A stretch of DNA of 64,000 bases from Clostridiales bacterium UBA4139. GTDB taxonomy: Bacteria; Bacillota; Clostridia; Lachnospirales; Anaerotignaceae. This document shows, piece after piece, positions 49,287 to 58,257 of the stretch. Below the pieces are notes generated by a model. The model saw nothing but the letters and a program-made list of their open reading frames with translations. It did no database searches and had not been told where the DNA came from. The first letter of the stretch is position 1. Each line of letters starts with the position of its first letter. The DNA lies in NCBI GenBank assembly GCA_002380805.1, contig DFWH01000014.1:9646-73645 (forward strand), given 5' to 3'. The translations under genes were made by a program, and so were the position numbers.

Positions 49287-49764
49287 AGAAATTACAGTAG
49301 GTATTGCAGATATGAAGTTTACCAGATGTGAAGGGCGCTTAATCACATATGCTCTGGGTTCATGCGTTGGGGTTTGTTTGTATGACCCTGTTGCCAAGGT
49401 TGGGGCGATGGTACATATCATGCTTCCGCAAAAATTGGAAAATAGCGCTGATTTAAATGTTTATAAATTTGCAGATTCAGGAATACGAGCAACGATTAAA
49501 AAAATAGAGGTCTTTGGTGCAGTAAAGAGGCGATTGATTGCAAAAATCGCTGGTGGCGCCAAAATGTTTGATATTCCTGGAGGTGGAACCTTAGGCAATA
49601 TTGGACAACGAAATATTGAAAGCGTTCGACACACGCTGAGGGAAGAAGGCATTCCCATTGTGAGTGAGGATGTTGGTGCAAATTATGCGAGAACTTTAAT
49701 TTTTGATTGTAGTAATGGACAGGGGAATATCAGATCCTTCGGGAGAAAAGAAGTTATTTTTTAA
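49279..49764 (+). CDS. cheD: Chemoreceptor glutamine deamidase
   Basis: LGSCVG, HIMLP, AKIAGGAKMF, IGQRN. Confidence 0.95.
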   Translation: MGKEITVGIADMKFTRCEGRLITYALGSCVGVCLYDPVAKVGAMVHIMLPQKLENSADLNVYKFADSGIRATIKKIEVFGAVKRRLIAKIAGGAKMFDIPGGGTLGNIGQRNIESVRHTLREEGIPIVSEDVGANYARTLIFDCSNGQGNIRSFGRKEVIF

Positions 49765-49931
49765 ATTGGTCTTTTTCTGTACTTTTGTGGTAATATGAAA
49801 AAAGAAATAATATGTACAATGCGGTAGCATAGTATTTTTTGCATAGTACTACAATTGTGTAGTTTTCAGTTTATTTGTATCATTTTATGCAGCAAAGAAA
49901 AGAGATAACTACAATTTATGGAGGAATACAT

Positions 49932-50849
49932 ATGGGCGAAAAAAACAAGACCGGCATTTTGCTAGAATCGGGCACAAATGAAATAGAAATAATGGAGTTT
50001 AAGGTCAATGGAAAACTCTACGGTATTAATGTGGCTAAGGTTAGAGAAATAATGGTGTCTGAGGCTGTTACACCAATGCCTCTGGCACACCCTGTTGTTG
50101 AGGGTGTTTTTAAGCCAAGGGGAACGGTAATAACAGTTGTTAACCTTGCCAGATATTTGTTCGGTGATACAGTAGCCCAAGGGGATAGAGATTTATTTAT
50201 TGTTACGAACTTTAACAAGATGCACATCGCTTTTCGCGTAGATAGTGTTGAGGGAATTGTGCGCCTTTCTTGGGCAGATATTCAAAAGCCTGATAAGACT
50301 GTAAGTGGTGGTGAAGAAGGGGTTGCTACGGGGATTACTGAAATAAATGGTGATTTGGTAGTTATCTTGGATTTTGAGAAAATTGTGGCAGAAATCGCCC
50401 CAAGAACTGGAATTCAGAGCGATGAAGTTGAGAAGCTTGGGATTAGAAAAGAGAGCAATGCTCCCATTATTTTGGCTGAGGATTCAATACTGCTATCTAG
50501 AATGATCTTGGATTGTCTGAAAAAGGCAGGCTTCAAGAATATTACGAAGTTTGATAATGGTAAAGAGGCTTGGGATTATTTAGAGACGATTCAAGGGGAA
50601 CAGGATGCGACAGAAAAGGTGGCCTTGGTTATTACAGACATTGAAATGCCGGCCATGGATGGACACAGATTAACTAAGTTGATAAAAAGTGATAAAAATT
50701 TAAAACAGATTCCAGTTATCATTTTTTCCTCATTGATTAATGATGAGTTATATGTAAAAGGAAAACAACTTGGTGCGGATGAGCAGATTAGTAAACCTGA
50801 AATAGGAAGCTTAGTTGAGGTTATTGACCATTTGCTTGATAAAAAATGA
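49932..50849 (+). CDS. cheV: CheW-REC hybrid
   Basis: ILLESGTNEIE, GINVAKVREI, TDIEMP; ATG 49932 after SD GGAGG. Confidence 0.95.
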   Translation: MGEKNKTGILLESGTNEIEIMEFKVNGKLYGINVAKVREIMVSEAVTPMPLAHPVVEGVFKPRGTVITVVNLARYLFGDTVAQGDRDLFIVTNFNKMHIAFRVDSVEGIVRLSWADIQKPDKTVSGGEEGVATGITEINGDLVVILDFEKIVAEIAPRTGIQSDEVEKLGIRKESNAPIILAEDSILLSRMILDCLKKAGFKNITKFDNGKEAWDYLETIQGEQDATEKVALVITDIEMPAMDGHRLTKLIKSDKNLKQIPVIIFSSLINDELYVKGKQLGADEQISKPEIGSLVEVIDHLLDKK

Positions 50850-50869
50850 AAAAAATTTTTTGTTCGTAT

Positions 50870-50899
50870 AAAAAGCAGACACAATGTGCCTGCTTTTTT
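50870..50899. terminator. Bidirectional terminator between cheV and the ComFB-domain gene
   Basis: AAAAAGCAG.CAC-aat-GTG.CTGCTTTTT. Confidence 0.75.
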
Positions 50900-50910
50900 A
50901 GTGCTTGAAA

Positions 50911-51669
50911 TCAATGATATGGGTTTTCTTTTACTACGATACAAGCACTGGATAATTGTGCCGCGACGGATGTTCTGAATTTTTCCCTGTAAAAGCTGAG
51001 CAGTGGTATGGTTTTAGAATTATCTGAAACAATGTACTTGGCTGGTAATTTTGTGAGTGCCAATGCGATTATATCAGCAGTACACCTTGGGCAGGTACAT
51101 ACATCAAACATTTGTTGAAACTCTTCCAACCTTTCCACAACAAGGTTCTCATACACATTAATATAGTGAAAGGTAGGTTCTACAACTTTGGCTGGAGATT
51201 CTGTAACCATTATGAATGGCTCCTCTGCGGGTTCGTTGGAAGGAACCGTTTCGGTAGTTTTTTCAGTTTCGATAAATGAGGGTTCTGTGGATTCCGTTTC
51301 TTGAATACCTGTCTCTGTGGATTTTTCTTCCTCGGTTGTTTCAGCAACCGCTGGTGTGTCGAGGGATGCCTTCAATGCGTTATCCTGTATGACTTCATCC
51401 TCACCTGGGGAACTCAAGGGATTTTGCTGTGTGGTTGTTTCTTCTGTTGAAGGATCCTCTTCTAGCTCCATAAGCGACTCCAAATTTTCGTTTATTTTCT
51501 CTGAAATAGATTTATCGTTGGATGGTTCAATGCCCATAAAAAGTAAATCATTAGAGACATCAGAACCAGTGCTGTCTATTTGCATTTGTTCTTCCATGGA
51601 TTGATGTTCATCCTTTGCCTTGGAGATAAGGTTCAGAACGTGAGCGGTCTTATTAGTTTTACGCGCCAT
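50911..51669 (-). CDS. ComFB-domain protein with basic N-terminal peptide and long acidic linker
   Basis: C-term NVYENLV...CTCPRCTADIIALALTKLPAKY...NPYH is the ComFB pattern; ATG 51669 after AGAGGT. Confidence 0.85.
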   Translation of the reverse strand: MARKTNKTAHVLNLISKAKDEHQSMEEQMQIDSTGSDVSNDLLFMGIEPSNDKSISEKINENLESLMELEEDPSTEETTTQQNPLSSPGEDEVIQDNALKASLDTPAVAETTEEEKSTETGIQETESTEPSFIETEKTTETVPSNEPAEEPFIMVTESPAKVVEPTFHYINVYENLVVERLEEFQQMFDVCTCPRCTADIIALALTKLPAKYIVSDNSKTIPLLSFYREKFRTSVAAQLSSACIVVKENPYH

Positions 51670-51792
51670 TTTATGACCTCTTTTCAATAAATATTAACCG
51701 AAGATGGTTGGTATTAACCAAAGAAAATAAAATCCATTTACTTTAAAAAATGAAGATATTTTAAAATTTATGAATGATATTTTTGGTTTAGA

Positions 51793-52566
51793 TTATTTTT
51801 TGGATGCTTTGCTACGAATTAAAACCTCTTCGATAAAATTTATATAGTCTAGAGTTGGTTTTGACCTGGGGGCATATAAAAGCACGCAGGATCCGTGAGC
51901 GGGTGACTCAGCAACAGAAACGCTGGACCTGATTTTTGCGTCGAATACGGTGGTATCTAACTGTTTTGCAATTTCGGCTGCCATATCTGCAACTTCGTTG
52001 GCGAGGTTTGTACGCTTATTGTATTTGGTTAGCAGTAATCCCAATACGTTAAGTTTCGAGTTATAGAATTTTTTCACTGTTTGTGCCGTTTCTTTTAACT
52101 GACTTACTCCCAGCAAACTTAGGATTTCGGGTACCATGGGTACAATAAGATGATCAGAACATACGAAGGCATTAACTGTTAGAATATTTAATGCTGGTGG
52201 CGTGTCAATGATGATAAAATCATATTGATCACATACAGACTCCAGGGCTTCCTTTAGAAGATATTCTCTACCGGAGCGGTTAAATTCTAACTCTGCGCTG
52301 CTTAACAGGATGTTGGAAGGGATAATATCACCAAATTCCGTTTTTTGAATGACATCTTCAATTTTAGCAGTTCCTTTAAAGACATCGTAGATAGTAGAGG
52401 TATTTTCAATATCTAATCCCAAAGAAAATCCAAGGTTTCCCTGAGGGTCAAGGTCGATTCCAAGAACTTTATATTCTTGAAGTGATAAGCCTGTTATCAA
52501 TGTGGCAGTGGTTGTGGTTTTGCCAACACCGCCTTTTTGGTTTGTTAATGTAATTATTACTGACAC
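51793..52566 (-). CDS. ParA/Soj family ATPase (no adjacent parB)
   Basis: NQKGGVGKTTT, DLDPQGN, IDTPP; GTG 52566 after GAGGTG. Confidence 0.92.
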   Translation of the reverse strand: MSVIITLTNQKGGVGKTTTTATLITGLSLQEYKVLGIDLDPQGNLGFSLGLDIENTSTIYDVFKGTAKIEDVIQKTEFGDIIPSNILLSSAELEFNRSGREYLLKEALESVCDQYDFIIIDTPPALNILTVNAFVCSDHLIVPMVPEILSLLGVSQLKETAQTVKKFYNSKLNVLGLLLTKYNKRTNLANEVADMAAEIAKQLDTTVFDAKIRSSVSVAESPAHGSCVLLYAPRSKPTLDYINFIEEVLIRSKASKK

Positions 52567-52603
52567 GAGTATCACCTCATAATAATTTATTTGTTAAACT
52601 GAA

Positions 52604-52634
52604 CTATTAATAAAAGTATACTATATGTCGAAAA
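52604..52634 (+). promoter_or_regulatory. Putative sigma-28-type promoter for fliD-fliS
   Basis: CTATTA-N17-GTCGAAAA. Confidence 0.55.
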
Positions 52635-52701
52635 ATAAGTATAGAGTAAAATTTGATATCAACATTATTGAGAAAATCGATTTAATATAAGGAGGAATAT
52701 C

Positions 52702-55128
52702 ATGGCAACAATATCAAGCCTAACTTCATCTTCTTCCAGTAATGCGTATGGAAGTCAAACAAAAGGCATTGGCGGTCTTGTCAGTGGTTTAAATACTGAT
52801 GAAATTATAGATGGTATGACCATTTCCACTAGAAGTAAGATTGCAAAGCAAAAACAGAATAAAACTTTATTATCATGGAGAACCGATGCTTATCGTTCTA
52901 TTAGTTCTAAGCTGATTAGTTTTGCTGATAAATATACCTCATACGCATCTAACACCAACCTATACAGTGATAGTTTTTATGGAAAAACTGTAATCACAGC
53001 AAAGGGTGAAAATAGTAAGTATGTTTCTATTTCGGGCAATTCTACCAATAGTCAGCTTTCGATTCTTGGGATAAAGCAATTGGCAAAGGATGCCAGCTTT
53101 ACCACCAGCGAGTCCTTGTCGAATAATTACATACAATCAGATGTCATCAATTACGGGACAGACAATACTTGTACTTTAGCGGGAAAAACCATTACAGTGG
53201 AATATGGAAGCGAAAAGTATGTTGTTAAGATGCCGGAAAAAGAGGGCGGCGGTGTATATACAAATGCAGCCGAGGTGGCAGCAGGCTTGACCAAAGCTTT
53301 AGAAAATGTAGAGATGAAAGATGGCAAGAAGCTGAGTACAGTTATGAGCGTTACTGCAGACGGAGAGACATTGAACTTCAAAAACACCGATGGTGCAGGA
53401 AATAAATTGCAAATTGTAGGTGGCGACGCTACCTTTATGAAGGCGGTAGGTATTACTTCGGATTCTGCCTCTATCGTAGACACCAGTATTTCTAGTACCG
53501 GCATAAGTGGAGCTGCAAGCATAAATCCTGATGATCTTCAGAAGGTTACAACTTTTGCAGAAAGAATGAAAGATAAGTCAATGACATTTGAGTATAATGG
53601 TGTAAAAAAGACAATTACATTTAAGGATGAGTCCAAATTAAACGAGACAGATTTTATTGGATATTTACAGAGTGAAATAGATACAGCTTTTGGTCAAGGT
53701 AGGGTTAAGCTGTCTGAAGATGCTGCGGGTAAAATCCAGTTTCAGCCAGTGTTACCTAACGGAAGCGAAGATAAGTCTTCTACCTTAAAAATCTCTAGTT
53801 CATCGGAGGGGCTTCTGGGTGAAGGGAGCGTGTTCGGATTTCGCAATGGTTCTACAAATAAGCTGAATTTGACTAGTCCTTTAGAAGATGCAGGCTTCAA
53901 GGGTTCAGGTAGTGTTGGGCTTGTTGATGGCACAGAATATGAACTTCGTATAAACGGGGAGAGTATTAAGTTTACCTATGAACAGGGAAAGACTAGTTTA
54001 GGAGATATTATTTCTACGATCAATAAGAATGAAAAAGCAGGTGTGCAGATATCTTACCAGGCAAATAGCGATTCTTTTTCCATAACTTCCACGCACAAAG
54101 GTGCTTCTGGTAAGGTGGAAATTGGTGGCGCTGGTGGTGAACTTAATGATTTAGAGAAATTGTTATTTGGTAAGCGTGGAGCAGATGGCAACATAATGGC
54201 AGGAAGCAACGAGGTGAATGGTACTGCTGTTAAAGGACAGGATGCCGTTATTCTGGTTGATTTTGACGGGGCAGGAGGGGCTGACCCTATGGAAATTACT
54301 AGAGGAACAAACTCTTTTACCTTGGATGGTATGACAATTGGTGTGAGCGGTACCTTTGGGTATGATGAAAGCGGTAACCCTGTGGCAGGAACAGAGGAAG
54401 TTACTTTCGATGCCAGTGTTGATACAGACAAGGTTTTTAATGCAATTAAAAGCATGATTAATGATTACAATGAGTTGGTATCTCTCACAAATAAAGTGGT
54501 AAAGGAAAAAAGAAACAGAGATTACACACCACTTACTGATGAGCAAAAGAAGGAAATGACAGAAACCGAAATCAAGAACTGGGAAGAAAAGGCAAAGGCG
54601 GGTTTGCTTTGTGGGGATTCCGACATTATCAACCTAACCAACGACTTAAGATTCGCTTTTTTAAACTCACGTTCTGATGGTGTATCCTTTTCAGATATTG
54701 GGATAACGGTATCCACTGAATGGTCTGATAACGGAAAAATAAACCTAGATGAATCAAAACTTAAGGCTGCCTTACAGGAAAATCCGGATAATGTAAAAAG
54801 CCTGTTTATAGATTCCGCCGAAGGAAACAAACTTACCACAGGCGGCGTGATGACAAGAATGAAAGCTATCACAGATAAATATGCTGCAACTACGGGTTCC
54901 CATAAGGGAGTTTTGGTTGAAAAGGCAGGTAGTGAGAAATCTCCAAGCTCTTTATTAAAAAATAAGTTGCTTGATCAGATGAATGATATTGATAAAACGG
55001 TGAAAAAGCTCGAAACCAAATTGTCTACGGAGAGAACTAGATACCAAAAGCAATTTACAGCACTGGAACAACTTGTGCAACAAATGAACACGCAAAGTGG
55101 TTGGTTATCACAACAGTTTGGTAGCTGA
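52702..55128 (+). CDS. fliD: Flagellar filament cap protein
   Basis: GIGGLVSGLNTD, YTPLTDEQK...WEEKAKAGLL, QFTALEQLVQQMNTQ. Confidence 0.95.
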   Translation: MATISSLTSSSSSNAYGSQTKGIGGLVSGLNTDEIIDGMTISTRSKIAKQKQNKTLLSWRTDAYRSISSKLISFADKYTSYASNTNLYSDSFYGKTVITAKGENSKYVSISGNSTNSQLSILGIKQLAKDASFTTSESLSNNYIQSDVINYGTDNTCTLAGKTITVEYGSEKYVVKMPEKEGGGVYTNAAEVAAGLTKALENVEMKDGKKLSTVMSVTADGETLNFKNTDGAGNKLQIVGGDATFMKAVGITSDSASIVDTSISSTGISGAASINPDDLQKVTTFAERMKDKSMTFEYNGVKKTITFKDESKLNETDFIGYLQSEIDTAFGQGRVKLSEDAAGKIQFQPVLPNGSEDKSSTLKISSSSEGLLGEGSVFGFRNGSTNKLNLTSPLEDAGFKGSGSVGLVDGTEYELRINGESIKFTYEQGKTSLGDIISTINKNEKAGVQISYQANSDSFSITSTHKGASGKVEIGGAGGELNDLEKLLFGKRGADGNIMAGSNEVNGTAVKGQDAVILVDFDGAGGADPMEITRGTNSFTLDGMTIGVSGTFGYDESGNPVAGTEEVTFDASVDTDKVFNAIKSMINDYNELVSLTNKVVKEKRNRDYTPLTDEQKKEMTETEIKNWEEKAKAGLLCGDSDIINLTNDLRFAFLNSRSDGVSFSDIGITVSTEWSDNGKINLDESKLKAALQENPDNVKSLFIDSAEGNKLTTGGVMTRMKAITDKYAATTGSHKGVLVEKAGSEKSPSSLLKNKLLDQMNDIDKTVKKLETKLSTERTRYQKQFTALEQLVQQMNTQSGWLSQQFGS

Positions 55129-55157
55129 TGATAAGTTGAAAGGGTTGGCAAAAGAGA

Positions 55158-55544
55158 ATGAATAATTATGGTTATCAGCAATATAAGCAACAATCAGTTA
55201 ATACGATGACTTCGGGGGAACTTTTGCTGCTTCTTTTTGATGAAAGTGCAAAGAGGCTTACAAAGGCAGAGATGGCTTTGAAAAACTCAGATTTTACGAT
55301 GTTTGAAATGTCTGTAAATAGGGTGTCTGAAATTATCAAATACCTTGATTCAACACTGGATAAATCCTATGAAATAGGCCGAGAAATCTCTAGATTATAT
55401 GAGTATTTTCAGTTTCAGACTGCTAGAATAAAAGCGGGAAGAAGCGTTGAGCAAATTCACGAACTCAGATCAATGTTGTTGGATTTGCGAAATACTTTTA
55501 AAGAGGCCGACCGTTTATCTCAGGTTGACGTAGTGAAAAATTAG
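55158..55544 (+). CDS. fliS: Flagellin chaperone
   Basis: YQQYKQQSVNTMTSGELLLLLFD. Confidence 0.93.
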   Translation: MNNYGYQQYKQQSVNTMTSGELLLLLFDESAKRLTKAEMALKNSDFTMFEMSVNRVSEIIKYLDSTLDKSYEIGREISRLYEYFQFQTARIKAGRSVEQIHELRSMLLDLRNTFKEADRLSQVDVVKN

Positions 55545-55556
55545 AAAGACAAGGAT

Positions 55557-55964
55557 GTGAGCAATTTGGGCACAGCATTAATGGAAATTGCCGTTAATCT
55601 CCAAAAAAAATACAACAAAGTAAATGAGCTGCAAGATACTACAAAGCAAATGGCAGATTCATTGCAACGTAATGACTTATATGCCTTTGAACTTTTAATG
55701 AAAATGAGAACTGAGATTATGCTTGAAATAGACAGTATTGATTATCAGAGAGAGGATTTATTAAAATGTTTACCTGAAGCTGAGGAGAACCTGGTGAGAT
55801 GTGCGCTAAGCACCCAGACTCAGGAAAGTCAACTAAAATTGCCAGAAATACATCGGATTAATGATATCTACAAAAAAATAACTAGAAGCCTTGAGAGTAC
55901 AATACAGTATGATAAGGCGATAAGCCTTAAAATAGGAGGCAACGATTCTTTCTATAAAAACTAA
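55557..55964 (+). CDS. Helical flagellar chaperone-like protein (FlgN/FliT-like)
   Basis: 135-aa helical protein in the fliT position after fliD-fliS; GTG start. Confidence 0.55.
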   Translation: MSNLGTALMEIAVNLQKKYNKVNELQDTTKQMADSLQRNDLYAFELLMKMRTEIMLEIDSIDYQREDLLKCLPEAEENLVRCALSTQTQESQLKLPEIHRINDIYKKITRSLESTIQYDKAISLKIGGNDSFYKN

Positions 55965-56005
55965 GGTAAATCATTGTAGCAACGAAGAAAAACAGCTATG
56001 AATAT

Positions 56006-56047
56006 AAAAGGGGACTTGTGCCAGAAAATGGCGCAAGACCCCTTTTT
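56006..56047. terminator. Bidirectional terminator
   Basis: AAAAGGGG.CTTGTGCCA-gaaaa-TGGCGCAAG.CCCCTTTT between convergent genes. Confidence 0.75.
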
Positions 56048-56091
56048 AATAGAAAATCCTCTCTATACCACAGATGATATTAGGAGAGGAT

Positions 56092-56928
56092 TTATGTTTT
56101 GCTAATAGACCAAAATGGCCCCCCGTAATTAGCAGCATACTTGGCCTCATCCAAAATTGTTTGAATATCCCACTGCTGCTCACTGTTTTCAAGGCTTTGA
56201 GAATCTGCAATCAGAACCTTACCTTCGGGCGTTACACCCCGTAAGATGATAAAGTGACCTTGTGAGGTAAAGATGCCCTTATTCATCAAAACAACGACTA
56301 GGTTCCCTTTGTTTAGTTCGTCAAAAATTATCTCTTTTGAGGGTTTTTCTAAACTTTTTGACTGAAGGCCGAATGATTTGGCACCATCAGGAATAATCGA
56401 ATGGTACGAACCACTATTATGGCTAAAGTGCCCGTTGTCAAACGCCCACTTTGCAGCCATATCAGGCGTGATTTCATTCTCTGTAAAGGTACTGAGTACC
56501 ATTGCTAGTGTGGTTGGCCCACAGCCAAAAACGCCAATGGTATTATCTGTACCATATAAGGTTGCATTCCACTGAGGGTCAGTTTGGGAATAGTAAACCA
56601 GCTCTACTGTATTTGATTGTAATGTGGTTCCTTTATCCTCTTCTTCATCGACAACATTGCTTTTATTTGTTTTCTTTTTTTCCTTCGAAACGGCTTTTGC
56701 TAAAGCTGCGGCCTCTCGCTTTACTTCCAATGCGGCCTTTTGGGTTTTTAATGTAGATACTAACTGAGTTGCGTTCTGTTTTGTATCATTAATAAAATAA
56801 TCAATATCCCAAGGGGTTACACGGGTTGCAAATAGGTATAAAAAGCATATAAAGCTAACATACGTTGTGACAAAAACAGTTTTAAAAAATTTCTTTCCTG
56901 TACGCTTTTTTCGTTTTCGCTTTTTCAT
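56092..56928 (-). CDS. Membrane-anchored C39-like (papain-fold) peptidase
   Basis: YYSQTDPQW, GCGPT, GHFIIL, IADS; basic N-term + TM helix; ATGA overlap with the upstream gene. Confidence 0.85.
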   Translation of the reverse strand: MKKRKRKKRTGKKFFKTVFVTTYVSFICFLYLFATRVTPWDIDYFINDTKQNATQLVSTLKTQKAALEVKREAAALAKAVSKEKKKTNKSNVVDEEEDKGTTLQSNTVELVYYSQTDPQWNATLYGTDNTIGVFGCGPTTLAMVLSTFTENEITPDMAAKWAFDNGHFSHNSGSYHSIIPDGAKSFGLQSKSLEKPSKEIIFDELNKGNLVVVLMNKGIFTSQGHFIILRGVTPEGKVLIADSQSLENSEQQWDIQTILDEAKYAANYGGPFWSISKT

Positions 56929-57629
56929 ATGATCCAACCATATTTTCCTTTACTCACGTCACCAAGAACCTTACCATTTTGTAAAGTTACAACACGTTTT
57001 TTCATAATATCAACAAATTCCTTTGCATGTGTAGCAATAATGATAGTAATACCTAAATTATTGATTTCGTTAAATAGAGACATAATATCAAGGGATGATT
57101 CATAATCCAACTGAGCAGTTGGCTCATCAGCTATAATTATTTTTGGATTATTTACAACTGCCCTTGCCATAAGAACTTTAAAAGTTTCTCCGCCGGATAA
57201 GTTTATTGGATAATCATTCATTTTCTTTGTCATGCCAACAAGACCTAAAGCTAAGGGTATAGATTGGCGAATAGATTTGCTTGAATGACCGACTGCCAAC
57301 ATTGCTATTTCTAAATTTTGATAGATTGTTTTATTTTCAATTAGCGGATAATCCCTATTTATTATACCCAAAACCCTGCGGTAATAAGGAAAGTCTTTAT
57401 TTGCCAAGTTATTTAAGGACAAGCTGTTTACCAGTATATCTCCGGAGGTTGGCTTAAGCTCTCCAGTGAGGAGGTTGATCAGTGTGCTTTTCCCCGATCC
57501 GGTTTTTCCTACAAGAAAAACAAAGTCACCTTCTTTGATTTCCAGTGAAATGTTCTCTACACCAATTTCGTTATTTGGATAAGTTTTAGATACGTTTTTG
57601 AATACAATCAAGGTTCTCATGCCTTTCAA
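56925..57629 (-). CDS. FtsE-like ABC ATPase with degenerate motifs
   Basis: IVFKNVSKTY, GKTGSGKST, PYYRR, LSGGE, ADEPT, ATH, RVVTLQNG; start uncertain (57629, 57620 or 57611). Confidence 0.8.
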   Translation of the reverse strand: MKGMRTLIVFKNVSKTYPNNEIGVENISLEIKEGDFVFLVGKTGSGKSTLINLLTGELKPTSGDILVNSLSLNNLANKDFPYYRRVLGIINRDYPLIENKTIYQNLEIAMLAVGHSSKSIRQSIPLALGLVGMTKKMNDYPINLSGGETFKVLMARAVVNNPKIIIADEPTAQLDYESSLDIMSLFNEINNLGITIIIATHAKEFVDIMKKRVVTLQNGKVLGDVSKGKYGWII

Positions 57630-57947
57630 AAAAGTTTATTTTTATCAATTTAGACAAGTTTTGACTTTATTTTTAGTATAACACCGAAGTGCAAAATTGT
57701 ATATACTGCTAAATTACAGAAAAGGTTGTATTTTATTGTTTTTTATATTCTATGAACTTTTGAAAATTAGATTTGATGAAAAGGGGCAAAGCATTAAAGA
57801 AGGGTTGACAATTCTTGTTGTTTTTGATGTCAATAGAAATATAGCATAGAGAAACTGAAAGGTTTGGGTAATAAGAGTGTAGGGGTGGGCTGAGATATCT
57901 TTAATTGAAAGATGGTGTAGGAACAGTGAGTGGAATATTAAAAAAAT

Positions 57948-57972
57948 AACCCCTCAAAATGAGGGGATTTTT
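57948..57972 (-). terminator. Hairpin downstream of tRNA-Gly
   Basis: CCCCTCA-aaa-TGAGGGG flanked by A/T runs. Confidence 0.65.
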
Positions 57973-58029
57973 GATTTACAATTTTGAAAAATTTCGTTAT
58001 TTTAGCTATTTATTGGAAAGAATCAAAAA

Positions 58030-58100
58030 AGCGGATGATGGGAATCGAACCCACCTCTAAAGCTTGGGAAGCTTTCATTCTACCGATGAACTACATCCGC
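58030..58100 (-). tRNA. tRNA-Gly (CCC)
   Basis: GCGGATG/CATCCGC acceptor, AAAGC-TTCCCAA-GCTTT anticodon arm, GGTTCGATTCC T-arm; CCA not encoded. Confidence 0.95.
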
Positions 58101-58257
58101 AGGGTATGTATCTATTATACCAAATCTTTCAAAACTGTAAAGTATGAAAATTAACAAAAATTTTACAAATTCGGCTGATATTTTATAGGTTGCTTTTGTT
58201 TCCTACGGACATACTAGAAACGCAATCATTTTTTTAATTTTTTCAGAAACGCGAGGG

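Noticed and set aside
57805..57832. TTGACA...TGTCAA inverted pair in the ftsE-like/tRNA-Gly spacer
   Set aside because: Only 6-bp arms with no convincing -10 partner; could be chance
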